Assembly (NCBI GenBank): GCA_026706485.1
Contig: JAPOYR010000006.1
Coordinates: 21,194 to 85,193 of the forward strand
Reading direction: 5' to 3'
Source of the DNA: Chloroflexota bacterium
GTDB taxonomy: Bacteria > Chloroflexota > UBA11872
Length of the DNA: 64,000 nt
The position numbers were made by a program, and so were the translations under genes. A model generated the notes under the pieces. That model was not told the origin of the DNA, searched no databases, and saw only the letters and a list, made by a program, of their open reading frames with translations. Shown piece after piece: positions 56,190 to 64,000 of the stretch (positions within the stretch are counted from its first letter, which is position 1; the number at the start of each line of letters is the position of its first letter).

Positions 56190-56308
56190 CTCCGTCACTC
56201 CCGCGAAGGCGGGAATCCACTCGTCATTGAACCTGGGGGCGGATGGATTCGCCCGGTCATCCTCGAGCTTGGCCGGGTTTTGCAGAGGTCTCCGGACACG
56301 GGAATCTA
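56190..56308. repeat. MITE-like palindromic element, family A copy 3
   Basis: ctccgtcactcccgcgaaggcgggaatccactcgtcattgaacctgggggcggatgg...ggacacgggaatc, collinear with copies 1 and 2. Confidence 0.7.
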
Positions 56309-56346
56309 GCTGACGCTGCAATCTCGTGGCGTTGCTCAGACCGTGC

Positions 56347-57573
56347 CTAATTCTCGAAGAGCACGACATCGACGTCCTCAATCCGCTCGTCGGTCGTGTA
56401 GCGCCAAATGCCGATGAAGCCGCGGCGCAGGTCGCCGTTCTCGTCCCAATCCAGCGTCCCCGAGGCGCCGTCGTAATCGACCGCGCCGCCCGCGCCGAGT
56501 ATTTCGAGCGCCCGGGCAATGCCGTCCGGCCCCGCAAATACGACTTCTCCCGGTCCGCCGCCCACCGCGCGCAGCTGGTCGCGGATCGCGGCGCCGTCGG
56601 TGCTCGCGGCCGTTTCGGCCGCGAGCGCTAGGGCGACGGTGGCGTCGTAGACCTCGCGGACGTACGTGCCTGCCGGGGGCTTGCTGTAGGCGTCCAGGTA
56701 GGCCGCCTCCCACCGAGCGGCGGACTCGCTGGCCGGCGGAGGGGCCGGCCCGGTGCCGTACATGCCGGCCAGCGCGGCGCCGCCGATTGCCTGGACCAGG
56801 GCCGGGCTCTTGACCCCGTCGCTGAAGACGAACTGGTCATAGATCCCGCGCTCGAGCGCCTCGCGCAGGATGACCTCCGTCTCCGTTGAGTAGACGATCA
56901 GGATCAAGGCCTGAGCGCCGGTGGCGGCCGACTGCCGCAGGGCGTCGGCGAACTCGGTTTGTCCAGGTTCGATCGCTACGGCAGTGATGGCGCCCTCCCA
57001 GGCGTCCTGCAAGGACTGGACCAATCCCAGCCCCCAGGCGTCGTTGCGGTAAATCGCGCCCACGTTGTCAAAGCCCCGATCGCCGGCGACCCGCGCTAGG
57101 ACTGGGCCCTGCGCCACGTCGGACAGGGCGACGCGGAAGAAGAAGTCGTCGTCCGCGGCGTCGGTCAACCGGGGTGAGGTGGCCGAGGGGCTGACCATGG
57201 GAATCTCGGCCGGCCCGGCCACGCGCTCGACCACTGCCAGCGAGTTGGCGCTGGTGCTGGGTCCGACGAGCGCGTGCACGCCTTCATCCTCGATCAGACG
57301 CCGCGCTTCTACGACTGCCGTGTCCGGGTCGAGCGCGGTGTCGCCGACGGCTGTCTCGACCGGCCGGCCGAATACACCGCCGGCCTCGTTAACGTGCGCC
57401 ACCGCCAGTTCGAAGGCCCGCTGCCGATCCTGAGCGTTCTGCGGCGCCCCCTCGCTGATGTAGGTCAGCAGCCCGAGCTTCAGCGGCTCAGCCGGCGCCC
57501 CGTCGCACGCCGCCAGTGAGACTGAAAGCAGGCCCGCCGCCAGCAGCCGGATAGCGCGCGATCTGATTGACAT
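56347..57573 (-). CDS. ABC transporter periplasmic substrate-binding lipoprotein (branched-chain amino acid/LivJ-like type)
   Basis: Lipobox LAAC, type-1 PBP fold pattern. Start at MSIRSRAIRLL. Confidence 0.7.
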   Translation of the reverse strand: MSIRSRAIRLLAAGLLSVSLAACDGAPAEPLKLGLLTYISEGAPQNAQDRQRAFELAVAHVNEAGGVFGRPVETAVGDTALDPDTAVVEARRLIEDEGVHALVGPSTSANSLAVVERVAGPAEIPMVSPSATSPRLTDAADDDFFFRVALSDVAQGPVLARVAGDRGFDNVGAIYRNDAWGLGLVQSLQDAWEGAITAVAIEPGQTEFADALRQSAATGAQALILIVYSTETEVILREALERGIYDQFVFSDGVKSPALVQAIGGAALAGMYGTGPAPPPASESAARWEAAYLDAYSKPPAGTYVREVYDATVALALAAETAASTDGAAIRDQLRAVGGGPGEVVFAGPDGIARALEILGAGGAVDYDGASGTLDWDENGDLRRGFIGIWRYTTDERIEDVDVVLFEN

Positions 57574-57714
57574 AACGAATGTGCCCTCAGCGCCGGGTCG
57601 CCGCCGGCGCGCCACGGCGTTTCTCACCGATGCGATGTGCCGCAGTCTCCCATGGCAACACCCTCAGCAGGTGTTGCACTTCGTTTGTGAATCGGCCGAC
57701 TCCAGCCTGGACCA

Positions 57715-57810
57715 GCAACGTTGTCGTTCCGAGCGCAGCGAGGAATCTGAGGGGCGGATACGGCGCACGGCCCCCTCTCCTGTAGGGGCACCCCTAGTGG
57801 GCGCCCGCCC
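57715..57810. repeat. Repeat mosaic: family B copy 2 followed by family C copy 3
   Basis: GTCGTTCCGAGCGCAGCGAGGAATC ... CTGTAGGGGCACCCCTAGTGGGCGCCCG. Confidence 0.6.
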
Positions 57811-58646
57811 TACTCCAACCCCAGCAGCTCCAGCGAATTGCGATGGATGATCCCGTCGAGAACCTCGTCGGGAATCCGCGGCAGGTTCGTGCCCTCGACC
57901 TGGTCGTTCAGGCGGCGCATGTCGTCCATGCCTTCCTGCGGCGTCCAGAGCGGGAAATCGGACCCGAACAGCAGCTTGTCGGCCACGCCCCACTCGACCA
58001 TCAGCACCAACGCCTCCCAGGCCTGGTAGGGCCGTACCCAGCCCCCGCCCGAGACGTCGGCGTAGACGTTGGCGTGCTTGCGGATGACCACCGCGCAGTC
58101 GCGCTGCCACGGGTGCGCCATGTGCGCGATCACGAACTTGAGGTCCGGGAACGCCTGCGCCACCTCGTCGATCAGGAGTGGATGGCTGTACTTGAGGATC
58201 GCCCGCGGATTCGGCTGCGTGCCCATGTGCGAAAGGATTGGCAGTCCCAGGCGCTGGGCCTTCTCGTAGAGGGCGAAATAGACCGGATCGGCCGGATTGA
58301 AGTGCGCCAGCATGGGATAGATCTTGATCCCGCGCAGGCCCAGGTCGACGCCCCGGTCGATCTGGTCGAGATAGCCGTCCTCGGTCGGATCGATGCCCAT
58401 GAACCCGATGAGCTTGTCCGGGTCCCTGGCCACCCAGTTGGCGGTGAAGTCGTCGGGACTCAGCATGCCGCAGGCCAGCGCCCGCACCCCGAACACGATG
58501 GCCCGATCAACCGCCTCCATGGCCTTGGCATAGGTCTCGAACGGCAGCGGCTGCATGGGCGCATACCCCGCCCGCACATCGGCCCGGCGGGACGCCGCGC
58601 TCACATGCTCCGGCTGCAGGCAGTGCGTATGAACGTCGACGATCAT
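57810..58646 (-). CDS. Amidohydrolase_2-family protein (sugar-lactonase-like), paralog 1
   Basis: MIVDVHTHCL metal motif, HMAHPW, FGSDFP. 278 aa. Confidence 0.75.
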   Translation of the reverse strand: MIVDVHTHCLQPEHVSAASRRADVRAGYAPMQPLPFETYAKAMEAVDRAIVFGVRALACGMLSPDDFTANWVARDPDKLIGFMGIDPTEDGYLDQIDRGVDLGLRGIKIYPMLAHFNPADPVYFALYEKAQRLGLPILSHMGTQPNPRAILKYSHPLLIDEVAQAFPDLKFVIAHMAHPWQRDCAVVIRKHANVYADVSGGGWVRPYQAWEALVLMVEWGVADKLLFGSDFPLWTPQEGMDDMRRLNDQVEGTNLPRIPDEVLDGIIHRNSLELLGLE

Positions 58647-58705
58647 TGAGTTTCCTTCCCTGCTTGCGCGACCGATCCCTTAGGCAGCGTTTGCCGGAAA
58701 GACCC

Positions 58706-59899
58706 TTACCGCAGCTGGTCGCGCCCCTTGAACGACGGCACGTTCAGCCGCAGCGTGGGTCGGTGCAGGTCGTAGAGGTCCATCGGCTGGTAGGGATGGT
58801 CCTTGGCGGCCTCCTCGTTGAACTCCACGCCCAGGCCGGGCCGGTCCGGGATTTCCAGCCACCCGTCTTCAACGGTCAGCGGGTTGGCGCACACCTCGAA
58901 CCGCCACGGCTCCGGCGGGAAGTGCTCCAGCGTCAGGAAGTTCGGGACGCAGGCCGCCATCTGCACCGCCGAGGCGTAGGACACCTCGCCGTTGGGGTTG
59001 TGCGGCGCGAACGCGGCGTAGTGGGAGTCCGCGATGGCCGCGATCTTGCGCGCCTCCAGCATTCCGCCGCAGTGGGCCATGTCCGGCTGCACGATGTCGG
59101 CGCCCCCGTGGTTCAGCAGCTGCTGAAAGCTGAAGATCGTGAACAGGCGTTCGCCCGTGGCGATCGGGATGTTGAGCTTGCTGCGGACGTAGGCCATGGC
59201 GTCCAGGTCTTCGTGGGGGATGGGCTCCTCGAAGAAGGTGATGTTGTACTCCTCCACCGCTTTGCCCGCCCGCACGGCGTTGCCCACGGTGTTGAAGATG
59301 CCGTTGCAGTCGATGTAAAGGTCGATGTCGGGTCCCACGGCCTCGCGCACCGCGCCCACGGCCTCGACGCCGGTGTTGAGGATGTTGTTGTCCATGCGAT
59401 AGAAGTCGATGCCCTCGCGGGCGCCCCACGGGTTGAACTTCATTCCCTGGACGCCCAGCTTCAGCGCGGCCTTGGCGGCCTCGGCCATCTGCTCCGGGCT
59501 CATGCCCTGCCGGTACCAGGCGTTGGCGTAGAGCTTCACCCGGTCGCGCACCTTGCCGCCGAGCAGCTCGTAGACCGGAACGCCCAGCGCCTTGCCCTTG
59601 ATGTCCCACATGGCCGTCTCGACGCCGCTGATCGCGCTCGTCAGCACCGCCCCGCCGCCGTAGAACGCCCGCCGGTACAGCTCTTGGAAGTGCTTCTCGA
59701 TCTCGAACGGGTCCTTGTCCATGAGATAGCGCTTCAGCTCATGAACCGCCGTTTCGGCCGTCGCCGACCGGCCTTCGAGGGTGGCCTCGCCGATGCCGTG
59801 CAGGCCGTCGATGTCGGTCTCGATCTTGACGATCAGCCAGTTGCGCCACGACCCGCCGACGAGAAAGGTCTTGATGTCCGTGATTTTTCTTGGTCGCAT
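58706..59899 (-). CDS. Enolase-superfamily sugar-acid dehydratase, paralog 2
   Basis: 397 aa; same family as 14971-16113 (KxK, DIDLYIDCN, FFEEP, DIVQPD). Confidence 0.8.
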   Translation of the reverse strand: MRPRKITDIKTFLVGGSWRNWLIVKIETDIDGLHGIGEATLEGRSATAETAVHELKRYLMDKDPFEIEKHFQELYRRAFYGGGAVLTSAISGVETAMWDIKGKALGVPVYELLGGKVRDRVKLYANAWYRQGMSPEQMAEAAKAALKLGVQGMKFNPWGAREGIDFYRMDNNILNTGVEAVGAVREAVGPDIDLYIDCNGIFNTVGNAVRAGKAVEEYNITFFEEPIPHEDLDAMAYVRSKLNIPIATGERLFTIFSFQQLLNHGGADIVQPDMAHCGGMLEARKIAAIADSHYAAFAPHNPNGEVSYASAVQMAACVPNFLTLEHFPPEPWRFEVCANPLTVEDGWLEIPDRPGLGVEFNEEAAKDHPYQPMDLYDLHRPTLRLNVPSFKGRDQLR

Positions 59900-59970
59900 G
59901 GGCGTGCAGCTCCTTGGCGTGAGTCGCCGGGTTCGCGGTGGTTCGGGCCGGGCCTAGAAACGTCCGCCGA

Positions 59971-60813
59971 TCATTCGAGCCCCAGGAGTTCCAGGGTGTT
60001 GCGGTGGATGATTCCCTCGATCACGTCGTCCGGGATTCGCGGCAGGTTGGTGCCCTCCACCTGCTCGTTGAGGCGGCGCATCTTGGTCATGCCCTCCTCG
60101 GGCGTCCAGAATGGGAAATCCGAGCCGAACAGCAGCTTGTCGGCCACGCCCCACTCGACCATCAGCACCAGGGCCTCCCAGGCCGAGTAGGGCCGCACCC
60201 AGCCCGCGCCCGAGACGTCGGCGTAGACGTTGGCGTGCTTGCGGATCACGACCGCGCAATCGCGCTGCCAGGGATGGCCCATGTGCGCGATCACGATCTT
60301 CAGGTCCGGGAAGGCCTGCGCCACTTCGTCGAAAAGCAGCGGGTGGCTGTACTTCAGGATCGCCCGCGGATTCGGATGCGTGCCCACGTGAGACAGGATC
60401 GGCAGCTCCAGGCGCTGGGCCTTCTCGTAGAGGGCGAAGTAGAACGGATCGGCCGGATTGAAGTGCGCCAGCATGGGATAGATCTTGATCCCGCGCAGCC
60501 CGAGCTCGACGCCGCGCTCGATCTCCTCGAGATAGCCGTCCTCGGTCGGATCGATGCACATGAACCCGATGATCCGGTCCGGGTCCTTCGCCACCCACTC
60601 GGCGGTGAAGTCGTTGGGACTCAGGGCGCCGCACGCTAGGGCGCGCACGCCAAAGACGACGGACTTGTCCACCACGCGCATGGCTTCTTGATAGGTTTCG
60701 AACGGCAGCGGCTGCATGGGCGGATACCCCGCCCGCTCGTCGGCGCGGCGCGAGGCCTCGCTCACGTGATCCGGCTGCAGGCAGTGCGAGTGGACATCGA
60801 TGATCACGGGCAA
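59971..60813 (-). CDS. Amidohydrolase_2-family protein, paralog 2 (recent duplicate of 57810-58646)
   Basis: Protein collinear and highly similar to paralog 1. About 85-90% nucleotide identity by eye over the first 250 nt. Confidence 0.75.
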   Translation of the reverse strand: MPVIIDVHSHCLQPDHVSEASRRADERAGYPPMQPLPFETYQEAMRVVDKSVVFGVRALACGALSPNDFTAEWVAKDPDRIIGFMCIDPTEDGYLEEIERGVELGLRGIKIYPMLAHFNPADPFYFALYEKAQRLELPILSHVGTHPNPRAILKYSHPLLFDEVAQAFPDLKIVIAHMGHPWQRDCAVVIRKHANVYADVSGAGWVRPYSAWEALVLMVEWGVADKLLFGSDFPFWTPEEGMTKMRRLNEQVEGTNLPRIPDDVIEGIIHRNTLELLGLE

Positions 60814-60859
60814 ACCCTCCGTGTGCGTGTATGCGAACCCGTCAGTTGCGTCAGAACTC

Positions 60860-61714
60860 TCATCCCTTGACGGCGCCGGCGGTGATGCCCCGCACCAGCC
60901 CTCGCTGCAACACCAAGACGATGATGAAGATCGGCACCGCCGACAGCGTCGACGCCGACATGGCCACCGCCCAGTCGGTAGCCGTCTGCTCCGCCGTGAA
61001 GGTGGTGCTCACGCCAATCGGCAGCGTCTTGACGTCGGATGTGGTGGTAAACACCAGGGCGAACAGGAACTCGTTCCAGGCCAGAATGAACGCGAACAGC
61101 GCCGTGGCCACGATGCCGGGCACCGAGAGCGGCAGGATCACCCGGAAGAGCGCTCCCAAACGGCTCGCGCCGTCCACCATCGCCGCTTCCTCCAGGTCGC
61201 GCGGCAGGGACTGGAAGTAGCTGCGCAGCAGCCAGAGACAGAACGGCACCGAAAACGTCGTATAGGTAATCACAAGCGCGATCAGGTTGTTGGCGAGATT
61301 CAGGGTCACGACGATCTTGAATAGCGGAATCAGCAGCAGCACTGATGGAACGGTGTATGTCAGCAGCGCGAACCGCCCAATCACCTCGCCGCCGGGAAAT
61401 CGCAGCCGAGCGAGGCTATAGGCGCCAAGCGTGGCGACAGCGATCGAGACAACCGTCGTGCCCGTTGCGACGATGAGGCTGTTGAGGGCAAAACGCAGAA
61501 AGACCGGGTCGAACGCCACCACGGCCATGTGGTCCCCGACGAACGCGCGGGGGAGCAGGATTTCCCCAAGGTCCCGTCGAAGAAAGGTCTCCACGGGGCT
61601 GATCGACCCCACGACCATGAAATAGATGGGAAACACGGCGAGAAACGACAGAAACAGGCCGAGCAAGGCCCGCGGACGATGATTCGCCGTGAGGACTTTG
61701 GCCACGCGCCTCAT
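60860..61714 (-). CDS. ABC sugar transporter permease (MalG-like)
   Basis: 6 TM, EAA-loop region (EEAAMVDGASRLGALFRVILP). Confidence 0.8.
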   Translation of the reverse strand: MRRVAKVLTANHRPRALLGLFLSFLAVFPIYFMVVGSISPVETFLRRDLGEILLPRAFVGDHMAVVAFDPVFLRFALNSLIVATGTTVVSIAVATLGAYSLARLRFPGGEVIGRFALLTYTVPSVLLLIPLFKIVVTLNLANNLIALVITYTTFSVPFCLWLLRSYFQSLPRDLEEAAMVDGASRLGALFRVILPLSVPGIVATALFAFILAWNEFLFALVFTTTSDVKTLPIGVSTTFTAEQTATDWAVAMSASTLSAVPIFIIVLVLQRGLVRGITAGAVKG

Positions 61715-62625
61715 CGTTCCGACTCTTCCTCGACCCAGCCGACGCGGAGCATGATCAGCGACAGCAGCACCACCAGCACCACCATCACGGCGGCGATGGC
61801 CGAGCTCATGCCGACGTTGTATTCGCGAAAGCCCGCGTTGAATACCTGCATGGGCAGCGTCAGGGTCGCTCGCGCGGGTCCCCCGCCGGTGAGCAGGTAC
61901 ACCATGTCAAAGGAGTTGAACGTCCAAATGGTGCGCAGCACCAGCACGATGACGAGCACGTAGCGCAGCGCCGGCACCGTGATGTGCCAGAACATCTGCC
62001 ACGCTGACGCCCCATCGACCTTGGCGGCCTCGTACCAGTCCTCGGGAATCGTCTGCAAGCCCGCCAGCAGCACCAGGAAGGTCCACGGCAGGCCCTTCCA
62101 CGTGAAGACCGCGATCAGCGAGATCATCGCGGTGACGCCTTCGGAGAGCCAGGCGATTGGCTCGTCGATGATGTGCAGCAGCTGCAGGAACGCGTTGATG
62201 GGTCCGAACTGCGGGTGGAGCAGCCAGACCCACACGAAGGCCGTCACGAACGACGGGATGACCCACGGCAGGATGTTGAGGGTGCGGAAGAGCCCGCGGC
62301 CGCGATAGCTGGCGTTCACGGCGAGGGCGATGATCATGCCGATGATCACCTCGCCGGCCACGGCGCCGGCCGTCAGCACCACGCTGTTGATGACGACCTT
62401 CCAGAAGCCGCCATCGGACACCAGCCGCACGAAGTTGTCGAGCCCGACGAACTCTGCAGGATCGTTGGGTCGCAGCAGGCTTTCTTTGAAGAACGCCAGC
62501 CACATCGTCGAGATCATGGGGTAGAGCACGACAGCGGCAATGAGGGCCACGGTCGGGAATAGCAGCCCTATTCCCAGGAGCCGCTCGGAATTGCGCAGGC
62601 TGAGGCCTCGAATACCCCACCTCAC
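61711..62625 (-). CDS. ABC sugar transporter permease (MalF-like)
   Basis: 6 TM, EAA motif (YEAAKVDGASAWQMFWHITVP). 4-nt overlap with the downstream permease gene. Confidence 0.8.
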   Translation of the reverse strand: MRWGIRGLSLRNSERLLGIGLLFPTVALIAAVVLYPMISTMWLAFFKESLLRPNDPAEFVGLDNFVRLVSDGGFWKVVINSVVLTAGAVAGEVIIGMIIALAVNASYRGRGLFRTLNILPWVIPSFVTAFVWVWLLHPQFGPINAFLQLLHIIDEPIAWLSEGVTAMISLIAVFTWKGLPWTFLVLLAGLQTIPEDWYEAAKVDGASAWQMFWHITVPALRYVLVIVLVLRTIWTFNSFDMVYLLTGGGPARATLTLPMQVFNAGFREYNVGMSSAIAAVMVVLVVLLSLIMLRVGWVEEESER

Positions 62626-62692
62626 CGTGGTATGCAGGGGGCGGGCCTGCGGCTAGCGCCGACGGCCCGCCCCCAAAACTGCACTCGATCGA

Positions 62693-63976
62693 CTAGTTCT
62701 CGTCGATCACCTTTTGGACTTCGGCCTCCGCCCAAGCCGCGGCGTCCTCGGGGCTTTCACCGTCGAACACCATGATGAACATGTCCTTCACGATGTTACG
62801 AGCGGTCACGGTCCCGAGAAGTCCCGAGCCCTTGGACCCGTACTTCGATCCGCCGACCCACGCCATCTGCGAGGCGTCCACGCCCGCGCGGATGATGTGC
62901 GCCACCGGTGCGATGCGCGGGTGGCCCCAATACTCGTCGCTGTTCTGCACGTCCACGTGCGTCGGCGCCCAACCGATCACCGTGCTCTGGAACCACTCCT
63001 GGTAATTCGGGCGGTCGAAGAGCGCCGCGAAGAACTCCGCCATGCGGTCGGGGTAGTCCGTCTGCGTGGTGATGTTGAGGATGTTCATCCCCGCCAACCC
63101 GGCGCCCGTGCCAGCCACGCTCGGCTGCGCGACGGCGGCGACCTGCTCCAGCATTTCCGGCTTGTCGGCCAGGAATGTGCCGGAGAACGAGGTCGACGAC
63201 ACCATGTGCGCCGTGGCGCCGCGGATGAACTCCGTCCGACCGTGGCCCTCGTGGCGAGCGGCCGCGCCCGGCGCGGAAACCTCGTCCAGGGCCTTGGCCA
63301 GCTTGAGCGCCGCGATGGTGCCTTCGCTGTTGATGGAGTTGTTGCCATTCTCGTCGAAGACGTAGGCGTCATGCGCCGGCATCAAGCTCCACGCCATCTT
63401 GGGATGGGCGTCCAGCAGGTAGGTGAAGTAGCCGTAGATGTCCGGCGGGTTGTTCAGCGCCTGGGCGTTCGCCAGGATGTTGTCCCACGAGTCCGGGGCC
63501 GGCAGACTGTGCTGCGCGTAGAGGTCGCTGCGGTAGTACAGGATGTGGGGCCACAGGAACTGCGGCACGCCATAGTTCACCCCGTCGACCGCGGTGGCGT
63601 TGAGGTCGTTCTCGCCAAAGATGTCGCGCCCCATCAGGTCCAGCGCGTCCGTCGCCGGCGCGACGATCTCTTGTCCCGACCAGCTCCAGGTTGCGTCCGG
63701 CTGGCTCCAGACCATGTCCGGCAGCGTGCCGGCGGCCTTGGCCGCCAGGATCTTCGGCTCGGTCTCGCGGAACGGCACCACTTCGCGGTTCATGCGCACG
63801 TCGGCTGAAATGCCGGCGCGGGCGAACCATGCGTCCTGCGCCGCCACGCCCAACGGCCGCGTCTCGAAGTCCCAGAACGAGATGTCGAGGATCTCGCGTT
63901 CGACCATGACTTCCTCGACGACCCGCTGCGTGATGACCTGCTGGACGGGAACTTCCCTGATGACTTCCTGCGTCAC
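62693..63976 (-). CDS. ABC transporter extracellular solute-binding protein (family 1), probably 5'-truncated by the window edge
   Basis: SBP_bac_1-like. N-terminal region of the ORF lacks a signal peptide, so the true start likely lies beyond position 64000. Confidence 0.65.
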   Translation of the reverse strand: MTQEVIREVPVQQVITQRVVEEVMVEREILDISFWDFETRPLGVAAQDAWFARAGISADVRMNREVVPFRETEPKILAAKAAGTLPDMVWSQPDATWSWSGQEIVAPATDALDLMGRDIFGENDLNATAVDGVNYGVPQFLWPHILYYRSDLYAQHSLPAPDSWDNILANAQALNNPPDIYGYFTYLLDAHPKMAWSLMPAHDAYVFDENGNNSINSEGTIAALKLAKALDEVSAPGAAARHEGHGRTEFIRGATAHMVSSTSFSGTFLADKPEMLEQVAAVAQPSVAGTGAGLAGMNILNITTQTDYPDRMAEFFAALFDRPNYQEWFQSTVIGWAPTHVDVQNSDEYWGHPRIAPVAHIIRAGVDASQMAWVGGSKYGSKGSGLLGTVTARNIVKDMFIMVFDGESPEDAAAWAEAEVQKVIDEN

Positions 63977-64000
63977 GACCTTCTCGACCGCGACTTCCTT

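Noticed and set aside
57843-60639. Plus-strand ORFs 57843-58649, 58646-60190 and 59938-60639 inside the amidohydrolase/dehydratase cassette.
   Set aside because: Mirror images of confidently assigned minus-strand enzymes; no domain signatures.
1-64000. CRISPR arrays, rRNA genes, canonical tRNA genes, integrons.
   Set aside because: No regularly spaced direct repeats with unique spacers, no rRNA-like conserved blocks and no standard tRNA cloverleaf were seen. Short repeats present are dispersed palindromes, not arrays.

Overview
This is a 64-kb stretch of high-GC (about 68-70% by eye) bacterial chromosome. Most of it is housekeeping. On the minus strand at the left end sits a UbiD-UbiA-UbiX type decarboxylase/prenyltransferase operon followed by FabZ. 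Further along are DXS, HisI, a Cfa plus fatty-acid desaturase lipid-modification pair, aquaporin, a Fur regulator, several sugar/sugar-acid catabolic clusters (enolase-superfamily dehydratases with amidohydrolase_2 lactonase-like partners, FGGY kinase, class II aldolase, three D-2-hydroxyacid dehydrogenase paralogs), an MMPL transporter and two ABC uptake systems. Several accessory islets interrupt this backbone. (1) A 3.3-kb island carries four type II toxin-antitoxin pairs (VapC/Phd, MazF/RHH, HicA/HicB-fusion, VapB/VapC), bracketed by roughly 125-bp MITE-like palindromic elements. (2) A compact dop-pup-pafA pupylation locus has no proteasome genes nearby; its 57-aa Pup-like ORF ends in GGE and is too short to appear in the ORF track. 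(3) A 2.9-kb IS1595-family transposon-like element has perfect 22-bp terminal inverted repeats and an 8-bp target-site duplication, inserted at the stop codon of an enolase-superfamily gene. It carries one transposase, small membrane-protein cargo and two unusual tRNA-like structures. (4) A HigB/HigA pair. (5) A three-gene operon of lower GC that encodes an unrecognised 248-aa protein followed by two tandem DUF488 paralogs. This is my best candidate for an undescribed system. At least six families of short palindromic intergenic repeats are scattered through the window in NIME/REP-like mosaics. They also generate several spurious ORFs. Most long plus-strand ORFs lying antisense to the annotated genes are GC-driven artefacts. 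Coordinates of sub-ORF starts are derived from the ORF-track frames. Hand-indexed motif coordinates may be off by 1-2 nt.
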